Shown here in pieces: positions 52,138-64,000 of a stretch of DNA of 64,000 bases. The translations under genes and the position numbers were made by a program. The notes beneath the pieces were generated by a model that was not told where the DNA came from, did no database searches, and saw only the letters and a list, made by a program, of their open reading frames with translations. How positions within the stretch are numbered: position 1 is the first letter of the stretch; each line of letters begins with the position of its first letter. The DNA lies in contig JASANG010000273.1 in the NCBI GenBank assembly GCA_030248215.1, forward strand, positions 558,001 through 622,000. Direction: 5' to 3'. Source of the DNA: Enoplolaimus lenunculus. Taxonomy: Eukaryota.

Positions 52138-54405
52138 TTAGCTACTAATCGCCGACAGATAAGTTTGAACACTGAACACCCTTTTCGCCGAACACAAACG
52201 CCGGAATTCACCTGACTGAGTGTATAAAATTATAAAATTCGACCCGACATTAATTGTTAACGCAAATCCACAATAATACGTAATATGAAGTCCTGTTATT
52301 TCGGATACTCCAACGATTGCTGCAATCATATCAAACAGGTAAAGAGCAAGCGACGATGCCACGTGATCCAGGGCAAGAAGGACAATTATTCTAATAGCTC
52401 TCAGCAGAGGCAGGTATCCAGGATGTCGGCAATTCTCTACCCTTCGGCTACAAGCATGTCCTGTCCCACCCCTCAGCTGACTATTTCTTGATTGATGTAA
52501 AGATAAATTGAACTGAACACGAGTCCTTGAGCAGTTGATGTACCGAGGTCCTTGTGAAAAGTTTGAATGAACGCAACAAAGTTTTGAACTCGAACCATTT
52601 AAATTGAACTCGGGTTTATTTGAAATCGGGCAATGTTGACAGCTTAGGCCATTATAGCTAAGTTTGCGTTGAGCACCAACGGAGCCACCGTGGGGTAAAC
52701 TATTACGCTTCTTGTGGTCAGATATGTTATCTCGTGATGTATGGATTGATCCGCGCCGAAGGCGACCTACGCTCTCGTTTGAATAGGGTAAATTGACCCC
52801 ACGAAGTGTTGCTGAGAAAAACGCATCAAGTTGTCCTATTGACAAATAGTAATGGGCAGTTTTAAGTTTACGCCATAGTAGAAAGTAGACTATTAGGGTT
52901 GCGAAGCATAAAGTCATTGATATGGCAGCGAAAGGTATTAGAATTGGTTGCTGAAAATACCAAATATTAACGTAAATTTTATTTTTTTAATCTAAATTTT
53001 AAATACAGTTGGTATTATTTCTTCGGTTGGAAGAGATTTTAAAACGCATTTGAAAATTAGCTGAGAACAATTTACAGAAGATATGCATACTTTTGATATT
53101 GGCCTAGCACGTTTCGAAATAAAAAAATACTAACGAACTATGAAACTGAATTTGTTTATTAATTTTAACTCCGCTAGCAATTGAATTGTGACATTACAGT
53201 GTTAAGTTCAAAGCAAGTTTTTTCAAACTGTGTAAGGTTAAGGTGCAATATAGCGTTTCGAACACATCATTATAAAATTTGTGAAACAAAAACTTTGAAA
53301 AATAATTACAACTAATATTTTCTATGTGAACGTTAGTAATATCAAGAGTGCATGATACAAGAGTGTGCAATTCTTGAGTTGCGAATGGTACAAAGTCTAC
53401 CACTGGGCATTGAAGGGTCGCTTTCGCATGCAATAACCATAAATTAAACGGCCAAAGTTACTTTAATGGACGTAACAGAAGATTAAGCGTATTCCTAAGC
53501 CTAACCCTAAGCCTAAGCGTTGCTAAAATGAGTTCCTAGGCCTAAGCCTAAGCGTAAACATAAGCAAAAATGTGATATAGAATCTAAACCTACTCTTTTA
53601 TACAAACACCAGAAACCTGAACGCCCCTTAAAGTAACATGGGCCAGTTAAACTATATTTGGAGCACTTATATTTACGGATACACAAAGTGTCATGGTTCG
53701 CACAGGTTCTACATCTCTTTAACATGAGGGGAGCCAAAAACGAAACGCCCGGTATACACTTTGTACCATGCTAAACCCCAAGAGTTGCACAGTTTTGTAT
53801 CGTGCATTCTCGGTGAAATAAACTCTTAAATTTTAAAATTTCAAAATAAATCAAGCATTCAGACTTACAATCATTGATGTTGTCGGAATACAAACAGGAA
53901 CCAGCGTAGCAGAATCCGCATACCAAATATTCAGTAACACAAGGCCAACCGGAAACGCCGCAATTGCAAGCACCACCAATTTCCGGTAAGTCTGACGTAC
54001 TAATTTCGGGGTCAAGAAAATTAGCAATTTGTCAAGAGCTGCGAATAAGGTCAACAACGAACTTGTAGTTACAGACCAACAGAACAATGCCATCATTTGA
54101 GCGCAAGCCCTTTGAGAATATCTCCAGTAGACGGTCGGGAGAGTCAAAGCAGAAGTGAAAATCATACAAATACTTGTAATAAAATCAACAATTGCACCGT
54201 AGAGCACCATGGAGTAAAGGGCGTGAGCTCGAAATTTTTGACTCAACAGTACTGCGAAAATGAGCAGGTTGAATACAGCGGTCACTGGTGAGAAAAGCAA
54301 AAATCCAATGTTGCCGTAAAAAATGTTCAATTGATACGGATGGGAAAATTCAACTGACGAGATGTTGAAATCAGTTTGATTTTTACGAAAATTTAACGCT
54401 TCCAT
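52138..54405 (-). CDS. Serpentine (Srsx-like) 7TM GPCR, about 449 aa, two exons
   Basis: Exon 1 is 54405-53869 (ATG, N-glycosylation sequons NQT and NIS, TM1-TM4, ALDKL, VPVCIPTTSM, donor ATT|GTAAG). Exon 2 is 52950-52138 (TTTTCAG acceptor, TM5, long loop, TM6, TM7 INVGSNFIILYTQSGEFRR). Phase 0 join. Confidence 0.82.
53450..53644. mobile_element. Telomeric-repeat-carrying MITE, second subfamily, in the GPCR intron
   Basis: GGCCAAAGTTACTTT ... TAAAGTAACATGGGCC; (GCCTAA)n inside; flanks AATTAAAC / AGTTAAAC. Confidence 0.82.
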
Positions 54406-54930
54406 GGCTAATGCTAGACGCAACTCGATGATGGAAGTTAAAAGTATAAACGAAACGGTGTGTTGGTTGGCCCAAAAGCAGTAGGGATTTATTTAAATCA
54501 GTTATTTATTTATAGTAGACAAGTTGTGTTATTTCTGAGTATACTTTAAATGGTTCTTTTAGCTAAAATTATAGATAATAGTCAGTTTAAGGTTTTTCGG
54601 CAAAATTGACTGTAATGTATATTTTACAATAAAAACTAGTGAAAATTATGCAACTTTTAGGCGGCTTGAGCAAACGCTTGGATATTAACTTTTTAGTTTA
54701 CCTTACAGCCTTTCCTGCATAAGGTTATTTTAACCTCAACTGAAATTAACTTTCAAGAATCGAATACAACCGGGAACCAGGGAGAGGCAAGTGTTTACAA
54801 TCTCTGTTTGACACAATGCCGTGGACAATCTTCAATGTATAGAACAGGGCCGTAATAGTAGTATAAGCATATTCCTGAGCCTAAGCCTAAGCCTTAGCAT
54901 GAGCTTATACCTAAGCCAAAGGGTAAGCCT

Positions 54931-56106
54931 TGTAGGTGGCTCTGCCACACTTAAACCTATTTCAAACTAAAAACTAAAACATAAAATAAAACCCTAAATC
55001 AAAACCACACCTTAACGGAGTTCCTGACTTCACCTAGTCTCTCTTAGAACTTAAGTTAGGCTTAAGCGTTGCTACAAGGCGTAGAATTGTTAAAATCGAT
55101 GCTATGGCGGCTGTGTCCGCAGTGTAAACTTACCTGGGCCCTGCGAGGCCATTGAATAATGTTGCATATGGAGTTGGCTATATTTGCTACTAACGACATA
55201 GCTAGGCTATGTCAGCACCAATATGGTGCTTTACAGTTGTGAGTGTCTAATGTTGTTGTAAAAGGTGTACCGGGTGTGTGGCTCTGGACCTAACCGCATC
55301 GGCGGACACCCAATTGTGGGTGTCGGCAATATGCAAATTAGGTCGAGACGCAAACAGGGGTAGCCGGGACCGGAATCATTATAGTATCTTGAGCTAGTAC
55401 TAGGCGGTTGCATTCTTTTTCGGCGGAGTCTGTGTATTATTATCCATTACAGTTGCGTTAAGGTTTTACGGTTGGATCGTGAACGGAACTCGGGTAAGTA
55501 GGTTGAATTTAATTCGGTTAAGAATTGTCACGGTGGCTTAGGATGTGATGGAAATCAGGCGTTACGGTCATAATTGTGTTGCGCAAGGCGCAGGGTTACC
55601 CAGTATAGAATACTGGTGTTATGTGTTAACCGGAGAACTTGGGATTTATACGGAGAACCTGAGAAACGTAGTCTAATAAATCTAACGGGGTTAGATTTAT
55701 TATTCTGCAGCGGATTGGGCCAAATCTAACGGGGTTAGATTGGTCGGTAAAATTTTGTGTATCTCTAACGGGGTTAGAGTGCACGGTTTTACAGGGTGTA
55801 ATTCTAACCGGGTTAGAATTGCACGGATTCTGGAAAGGAGTAAAAGTATTGGTATCGGTAAAGCCAGTGGCTGGACTAAACAGATTCAAGCGTCGGCTTT
55901 AAGGATTCCGGCTCAGGTTGCCAGTTAAATTGCATAACCTGTGATTTACAGGTATTTAATATTGGGTGTTATTACGGATTTGGGAGGGTTAATAAACATT
56001 TACCGGCCGCGTTTACTAAATCAGAGCGATAAGCGGACATCGAGAAAAGAACTGCATAGGAGTGATACAGGATACAGGACTGAGCTAAACTCACGAACTT
56101 CTCACA
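54931..56106 (+). mobile_element. Probable solo LTR nested in a telomeric MITE
   Basis: Begins TGT and ends ACA; 5-bp flanks AGCCT / AACCT; AATAAA at 55991. It splits a MITE whose left part is about 54830-54930 and whose continuation resumes at 56107. Confidence 0.65.
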
Positions 56107-56962
56107 AACCTTAGCCTAAGCAAAAACATATCTAAAGCTTAAGCGCAATTCTGAAGTATTCAAGCCTCTCAGGCAAACTGTGTTTTTTGCTGCAAAGATA
56201 ACTTGACTTTAAAAACTTCCTTCGAAATATTGAATTAAAAAGTTTACAATTATTGCCTTAAATAATAAACAGGCATTTTACCATGCCATGAACGAAAACG
56301 CAACTTGTATGCAGGCGTATCTTTACTTCAATTCTAACCAAAATCTAATAATTTTCTCAGAGTTATTTGTAGGTAAAATAATCAACAATACATAGAATTA
56401 ACATCTGCTAGATTTCATATATTTAAACAAGCGAATATGATATATAATGGTTGGGTTCAGAAACTGAGACTTGACTAAAGTAGCATCTCAGCTTTATGAG
56501 TCGAGATTTACTCAGATTTGCATAGCTTTGAAGTCAAAACTTTGAATAGTGATTTTGCTTGACATAAAGAAATAATAGCAGAAATCTTTGCTATTTTAAA
56601 ACCAGTTTCATAGCGCCCAGAATTTTCCATGGGTACCAACAGTAAAAGGTTGAGTTTTGAGAATTTGCCAGCGAAGTGAAAGGAAGCATCCTATATGCCT
56701 CGATTTTGATTCTGCAATGGTTATTATCTGAATATGTTATTATATGTAGATTCGGTTGAAAAGAGGTTCATTAGGTGCCCTTGATGTAGCTTTGTATTAA
56801 TAACCAAAAAAAGTTTGTCAAATATAAAATCGAAAAATACTTCGAGTCGGGAAACATTAATAGAGTGCACGCGTCGAAATATCGCAGTGTAGTGACATAT
56901 TCATCCAGGTTTGCCCACTTCATATGTGTTGTCGAACCTGTTCATTTCATATTTATTCAGTA

Positions 56963-57583
56963 CTGTAGCGACCCGAATAAGAGGGGGGTAATAAGAGGGG
57001 GTCCCCATTTTGAGTCCCAATCAATCGGAGTCCGTATCCCTAATAAGAGTCCGTAAGCGAATAGAGTCCCTAAAACAAAATTAGGGTCCATAAATGTTAA
57101 TTATCCCTACTTGTAACGCATAAATGACTCCAGGACCAAATATAGGAGAGTTCGAAACTTTAAAGCGCGCTTAAGTTTTGAAAGTAATTCTTAAGTACAA
57201 CCTTGCATTATCGCTCAAGCTTTTGATATAAGACAAACAAAGGTTTAATTCAACGGATAGTTGCAACACCGGATATGTATCAGTAAGGAAGGGTGGCGGA
57301 GGGCTGGTTGAAAATATATAACAGTCCGTCGAACCTTTAAAGCGCGCTTAAGTTTTGAAAGTAATTCTTAAGTACAACCTTGCATTATCGCTCAAGCATT
57401 TGATATAAGACAAACAAAGGTTTAATTCAACGGATAGTTGCAACACCGGATATATATCAGTAAGGAAGGGTGGCGGAGGGCTGGTTGAAAATATATAACA
57501 GTCCGTAACCGAATAACAAGGTGGGGGCATCCTCTGTAGAGGCCAAATAAATATCAGTCCCCCTCTTACTCGGGTCACTACAG
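56963..57583. mobile_element. TA-flanked MITE with an internal 177-bp tandem duplication
   Basis: TA-CTGTAGCGACCCGAATAAGAG ... CTCTTACTCGGGTCACTACAG-TA; 57152-57328 is repeated at 57329-57505. Confidence 0.88.
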
Positions 57584-59439
57584 TAAGTACGTTCTGTAGA
57601 CCGTTGCCTCTGAACCTCCCTGAATATTTTTCTGAACCTAAAATGTATGTGAAGTTTAATCTGACAAACCGCCTAAAACATGGCAACAATATTCTTTTCG
57701 AAGCCAAAACATAGATTTATAAAATAACGCATTGATTTATTAATTATCAGCATAAAAATTCTCTGGTACACAACTATAGGTCAGCGTTATTTTTTCCGGG
57801 AACAAATTATGATCGGAAAAAATGGAAAAATCTTCTTTGACTGAGTGAAATTTTCGCGTTGGTATTCCCTAGTAGGCTCGTATTAAGCAATAATGTAACT
57901 CAATAGAAAATAAAATTCGGATACATGCTAACAAGTTCATTGTCATTAAAAGTAACATTTGAAAGGTAGAAGAGAGCAGATTACCATCGCAGGCATGGTG
58001 CAGCTGGAATTCCGGTCCTTTCGGTTATCTCACCCGTAGCTGAAGTCTGTCCAAAATGGTTGAATTTTGAAAATTTTTTGCACATTTGAGCTTTTGATGA
58101 ACTTCCCTGATCATTCCACTCCCGAGCTTGAATTTTGCAAAATTCACATTTTTGGTCCCAAGGCAAAAAGATTTCGTCGAAAAGTTAGACAGCTTACATA
58201 TCATTCAACGCAAGGTGCACAGCTGAGTCGAGTGGTGTTAACTTTTCTGCAATCAAAGCCTGGTTAACGAGTTGTCGTCAAACTGATTTGGCATGCTGCG
58301 AGGCCAGCGATCATGGGTCGTCACCAAATTTAGTTATTTGGCAATAACTTGTTAGCCAGAATATTGATTGTATAAAATTTAACACTGTTCGTCCCAGTTC
58401 TGCAAGCTCCGTCGAGTGTTATATATATTGTCTAACTGTTGCCAAACAATTTGGGTCCCAAGAGAACCTTATTAAAAAATCGAATTCTTGGAAAATTCAA
58501 ACTTGGGCGCAGAATGATCAGGAGAAGACATATAAAGCTGATGCGTGGAGCGAGCTAAACTAGTCAGACGCTTAAATATTTCTTGAATCCCAATACAATT
58601 TTTGGGCTCTCTCTGACATCGAGCCTCTCAGTTGCTGTAAACTTCGCGAGCAAAGCGAGCTTGGAGCCAGACAAACTTGTTGAGTTAAGCCATACGGTAA
58701 AGGCATCCAATCTTGGGGGCCCTATCTTTGCCCTCACCGGTCGACAAATGTTCGTGCGCGAAACAAACGAGATGCCAGACGTAACTATGTCCAAACTTCA
58801 ATTCAAAAATCTTTTTATATTATTTATATGTTGCAAGTTTCGCTCTTTTCAGGCCTGTAATGAATCCTGGTAGACATAACAGAGATATTACACGCTGTCA
58901 TTGGACTACTCTGTTGCATGTGAATAGATTGAATGTCATCTAAACAACGCTAGTTTATATCACGTTTAGTTGCAAGATATATTTTTAATAAACGCTTCAT
59001 TTTTTCCATTTTTTCCACCCCTCTCCCAAATGGAAAGAATGAAAAAATATTTTTCCGGTAATTTTTCCGGCCAACAACCCTGATATATATTATATATAGT
59101 TAATTTAATTAAAACTATATTCTTTAAGTCATAAAAGATGTTTTATTTGCTCCGTCATTGTAGCGAAAACCACAATGAGAATTTTTATAAAACATTGTGA
59201 CAGCGATGCAGGTGTCGTATACGATTTTTTTCGCAATATGATTTATTCCTATTCACAGTAGATCATTTCCGGTTGAAAAGCATAGGTACCATTCTTTCCG
59301 CATATGTGCCGTTTTATGTCCGCCATTATAAGTGTTAACAATTGTTGGCGTACGCTTGAACACATTTTGAAAAAACTTCCTGCTGATTTTAGGCTTTAAA
59401 ACGTTGTTCAGACCACCACGCCCACTTTCGAGTAAACGG

Positions 59440-59623
59440 GCACATGTATAGAACAGGGCCGGATCGTTTTCCGGAGTTTCTATAATAGAGTCAGTTTAAG
59501 CTTTAGACTAATTTTTTGCTTTAGGCTTAGGCTTAGGCTTAGGAATAGGCTCATCCATACGCTTAGGCTTAGGCTTAGGAATATGCTTATACTACTGTTC
59601 CGGCCCTGTTCCATACATGGGCC
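59440..59623. mobile_element. Telomeric-repeat-carrying MITE
   Basis: GCACATGTATAGAACAGGGCCGG ... CCGGCCCTGTTCCATACATGGGCC; TTAGGC blocks; 8-bp duplication GTAAACGG. Confidence 0.9.
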
Positions 59624-60575
59624 GTAAACGGAAGACATTAGCCCCGTAGCGCGGCCAATGTATAAAACAATAGGGAAATGCCTACTCACATTATAAGCCT
59701 TAACCTAAACTTAAGTTTAAGAATGAGTCTGAGCCTAAACATAGGCCAAATTAAGCCTAAGACTAAAGCTGCTCGGTAAGTGCCCCAGTTTCCGTGTTTC
59801 CTAATGAAACGGCAGCTATACTTGACATGGAACACACCTGCGTATATTTATGCCTTTGAACAATTTGCACAAAACTATAACGACAAATCGTACTTTCCAG
59901 AGTTCATTTGGTTTTAAATATTTCTCAAACGTGCTCAACAGATGAGCTTTAAATCAAGTCTTGTATCTATATTTATAAAACTGGAACGCCGACATATGTA
60001 TTATTTGGGGCCACATATATAACTAAATCTGGAATGCCCCACATACCTACAAATTTTGGGCAACGTTCTAGTATTACTTTTTTTACAATATTTTTTACAA
60101 CAGAAACGTGAATGTTCTGTAAAAATAAAATTTGAAACGCAGATTATTGTGCATTCGTTAACTTTTGCGCTTTACGCAAAGCCGGCTGACTAGTACGTAT
60201 TATTTTAGGCAATGTTTCAGCACAGAAGTAACAAAAATTTTCACAATACAATAGGTATGTATGCATACTTTTTACACTAATTTGTCTGAAAAAGAATATT
60301 TGGGTATAGCTCACTGATATTGTTAATTTCTTGTCAGTGCAACACATTCTGTAGATATTATCGATTAAAACGTTTTTACTTCGGCTAAAAGTACAGTGCT
60401 CTTGTGTTTTAATTAGGATTTTGAACTGTCACACAGCTTGAATGTCTCAGGTATCAATGTTTTGAGGGAATGATAGGTTTCGTCTTGCTTATGATAAACT
60501 ATGGTAAACTCTGAAACACCCACAAATTTGAGTTGCACATGCGTATACCTCTAATATACATTATTAACCATTTGC

Positions 60576-60770
60576 GACCCATGTATAGAACAGGACCGGA
60601 TCGTCTTTGTGCGGTGCTGTAATACAGTCAGTTTAAGATTTAGACTTTGCTTAGGCTTAGGCTTAAGCTTTGGCTTAGGAATAGGCTCACCTTAACGCTT
60701 AGGTTTAGGCTTAGGCCTAGGATTAAGAATATACTACAGTACTGTTCCGGGCCTGTTCTATACATCGGCC
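60576..60770. mobile_element. Telomeric-repeat-carrying MITE
   Basis: GACCCATGTATAGAACAGGACCGG ... CCTGTTCTATACATCGGCC; flanks CCATTTGC / CAATTTGC. Confidence 0.85.
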
Positions 60771-62632
60771 CAATTTGCCAATCCAGCAGTGCTTAAGCAA
60801 ATTAAGATAGGGATAGGTCAACGCTACGCAAAGCAAATGGAGTGGTACCAATTGCGATAGGTTACTTGCCGGGTGCACGCCCAATGCAGTACGAAATCTA
60901 ACTTATAAAAAATCTTGTGCTGAGCGTGAAAACTTTTTCACATTAAAAATAACAATTTGGAACTATACGAATTTAGGGCAAATTATCTAAAAACGTTTCA
61001 TTCGCTGATAGAACGTTACGAGGCTGTTCCTCCAATATGATTTTGAAGGGGCATGATCCCCCTTTGCCCGCACCACTTCGACCCAAAAGATCGGTTGCGG
61101 ATCTTGATAGCAATAGAGTAAGCTTAAGCTTTAGCGCTTCCAGTCGCCTATGATTTAATCTCTTTTTCGAGTTCGGAGCGTTTTAGTCCTAAATTTTGTA
61201 AGAAACGAATGCGTCTTCAACGCCACTTGAAGCACATGGTTAGACGGAAGAACATGGGCATAGGTTTATACTAAAATTTTTCCCACCCCCTTTAGAGATT
61301 ACAACCTGGCTTGAGAGTCGTGTGAAATCCGTGCGTACCCCTCCTGAATATTTTAGCCCAATACCAGCGAATTGAGACAGCTGCGGCACTGATTCATAGT
61401 ACTAAATTTGAGTCTCAACCTGCGCGTTAAAAATTTGTTTTTGATCAACAACTATAATCAGTGCCAGGCTCTGATGTAAATAATTCTTAACATTAATTAC
61501 ACATCTATTTTGCAAAATTACATACCTAAATTTACACTTTACGCAAATTTTTGCCTACGTATGTGCTTATCGAGTTTTGTTTTCGACTGACAATAGGAAA
61601 GTTTCGTAAACATCCATGTTCGTAGCCAGCCCCCCCCATATTTGGAGAGAGGGTAAAATAAAGGTATGCTGCGTGGGATGTCATGTAAGTTAACACTTAG
61701 TAGTTAAATCTATACGGCCAGGATCAAATTTTTTCCAAGGGAACTGAGTGATCTTGGATACTTTTTTGTTCTGGTTTTAACATGTTTAGTGATTTGGTTT
61801 CGCTATACTCACCAACCCTCGAGCCAAAAAAATATTTTCATAAGAATAAGATGTGTGAGCACGGCAGCAAATGGCATTGCGTTTAATTTTTAAGGCAAAT
61901 GGTCCATAAAACTCATAGTGCTACCCATGTCTTGAAGATGCCTATTAATTATTTCAATTCACCGTAGATTTATTGTACATCTTACGATTTTTTGAACTAA
62001 AGCAGCAAAATATTGGTTTGAGGGCAAAAATTATTTTGAAAACATTAAAATAGCTTAAAATTATTGTGTTGTTTTTGGTATTAATTTTAGATTGCGTTTG
62101 AGTACGACTTTGAAACGTTACCACTTTTGCCGGATTTGATTAAATTTTAATCAACTGTGGTAATGTGATACAGTTTTCAAGTTTTTACTTGGTATTAATA
62201 TATATTAATATAAACTAACGAACCTTTCCGTTTAATGTGTTATGAATAACAGCCCCCGGTAATATAGGACAACATATCGCAAACACTAAGTATAAAAGTA
62301 TGAATCTATGCCCCACCATATTGATTGTTGCAGCATCTCAAGGCGGCGTGCAGCGGAACGCGGCAGCGTCCGGCACAGTAAAGTATAGTGCAATCCTCAA
62401 GTGAGAATGTGAGATTGACAGAAAGGCTAAAACCTATGACTTTGTAAATCTAAAACGAAGCTAAAATCGACAGGATTATAACGTGCTATTTTGTACGGGA
62501 CATGTTTTATAAACCTTAAGCCTAACGATTAATTTTTACCTAAAACTAAACATGAATGTTGAGCCTAATTTAAAGCCTATGCGAAAACGTAACACCGTGG
62601 ACTTTGAGAGCTTTTTTGTAAAACTTAACCTA

Positions 62633-63070
62633 CACACAAAGTGAATTGTCTTATATTTAAGAAATATTGTAGAAAATTTAAGACAATTATGTTTTAATAT
62701 GGACTCCAGACACATATGTTGTCTTGAATTCTAGATTTATATTTTTTAAAAATTTTCAGACTTAAGTCTGAAATTTAAGACTTGTTTCGTGAACGATTAA
62801 AACAAATATATTTGAAACATTTAATAAAAAATGTCTCAAATAGAAGACAATTATTTTCTAGGAAAATGACTCCAAAATTGGGGACAAAAGCTGAACTAAA
62901 TACCCTAATTTTACAACCTAAGATACGTCCAAGACATAAACTTTATGGTTGGTGGGAGCCTGAGGTCGCAATCCGAAACATCATTGAAATTTGATTTTAA
63001 ATCAACTTCTAGAATATAAGCGGAGCAACTTATTTACACACATAAAAATCAAAAAATTAGTCTTGAAACG
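62633..63070. mobile_element. Truncated, reverse-orientation copy of the CACACAAAATAA MITE
   Basis: TA-CACACAAAGTGAATTGTCTT, then sequence matching the reverse complement of the 29296 and 39954 copies. Confidence 0.7.
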
Positions 63071-63124
63071 TACGAATTTATGTATTATAAATTGGCATAA
63101 GTAATTTTATGCATATCAAAGGTT

Positions 63125-64000
63125 GACCAATGTTACTTTAAAGGCCGTCCCATTTCCCCCAGGACAGAAATGTACCCGGAGTACATTCCAAAAATATAAT
63201 TGGGACAGCGGGACAATTGGGACAGATGAGACAATGGGACAGATGGGACAGTTGGACAGCTGGGACAGATGGGACACTTGGGACAGACGGGACAGATGGG
63301 ACAGTTGGGACAGATGGGACACTTGGGACAGCTGGGACAGATGGGACAGTTGGGACAGATGGGACAGTTGGGACAGATGGGACAGTTGGGACAGATGGGA
63401 CGGTTGGGACAGATGGTACAGCGGGACACTTGGGACAGTTGGGACAGATGGGACAGATGGGACAGATGGGGCAGATGGGACAGCGGGACAGATGGGACAG
63501 CGGGACAGATGGGACAGCGGGACAGATGGGACAGTTGGGACAGATAAGACAGTTGGGATACTTGGGACAGATGGAGCAGTTGGGAGAGTTTGGGACAGTT
63601 GGGACACTTGGGACAGATAGGACAGTTGGGACTTTTGGGACAGATGGGACAGTTGGGACAGCTGGGACAGATGGGACAGTTGGGACACTTGGGACAGATG
63701 GGACAGATGGGACAGTTGGGACAGATGGGACAGTTGGGACAGCTGGGACAGATGGGACAGATGGGACAGATGGGACAGTTGGGACAGATGGGACAGTTGA
63801 GACAGATGGGACGGTTGGGACAGATGGGACAGCGGGATACTTGGGACAGATGGGACAGATGGGGCAGATGGGACAGCGGGACAGATGGGACAGCGGGACA
63901 GATGGGACAGATGGGACAGTTGGGACACTTGGGACAGATGGAGCAGTTGGGAGAGTTTGGGACAGCGGGACAGATGGAACAGATGGGACAGTTGGGACAG
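63125..64000 (+). repeat. GGGACA(G/C)NT 9-bp minisatellite inside the left end of a GGCCMATG-type element; runs off the window
   Basis: 63125-63190 (GACCAATGTTACTTTAAAGGCCGTCCCATTTCCCCCAGGACAGAAATGTACCCG) matches the termini of 27308-28923. From 63201 there are continuous units GGGACAGAT / GGGACAGTT / GGGACACTT. Confidence 0.92.

Noticed and set aside
58190..58267. LTYHSTQGAQLSRVV resembling a PIF1/Helitron helicase motif
   Set aside because: Short match without the flanking conserved motifs; could be chance.
63116..63928. SQL/SHL, WDR and CPI repeat ORFs
   Set aside because: Translations of a 9-bp minisatellite.

Overview
Eukaryotic, intron-rich genomic DNA, most likely from a nematode: TTAGGC telomeric hexamers, many TTTCAG/TTTTAG acceptors, an MLC-3-type myosin light chain and an Srsx-like serpentine receptor. 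Four genes could be rebuilt by hand with consistent intron phases: (1) the 5' part of midasin/MDN1 (minus strand, at least 23 exons, 174-18251, continuing off the left edge), (2) an mlc-3-like essential myosin light chain (32480-38776), (3) a DCLK-like kinase with a long Arg/Ser/Gly/His-rich N-terminus instead of doublecortin domains (42832-48967), and (4) a two-exon Srsx-like GPCR with a very long third intracellular loop (52138-54405). The rest is dense with mobile DNA: a decayed RNase H-bearing non-LTR element, five DINE-1/HINE-like non-autonomous Helentrons, a probable solo LTR and several MITE families. The most striking pattern is a family of elements with GGCCMATG termini and 8-bp target duplications (Merlin-like). 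Its short members carry telomeric TTAGGC arrays, and its long members carry G-rich GGGACA satellites. One midasin intron has no usable AG acceptor and looks like GT-AT. All calls come from reading the sequence; no database searches were run.
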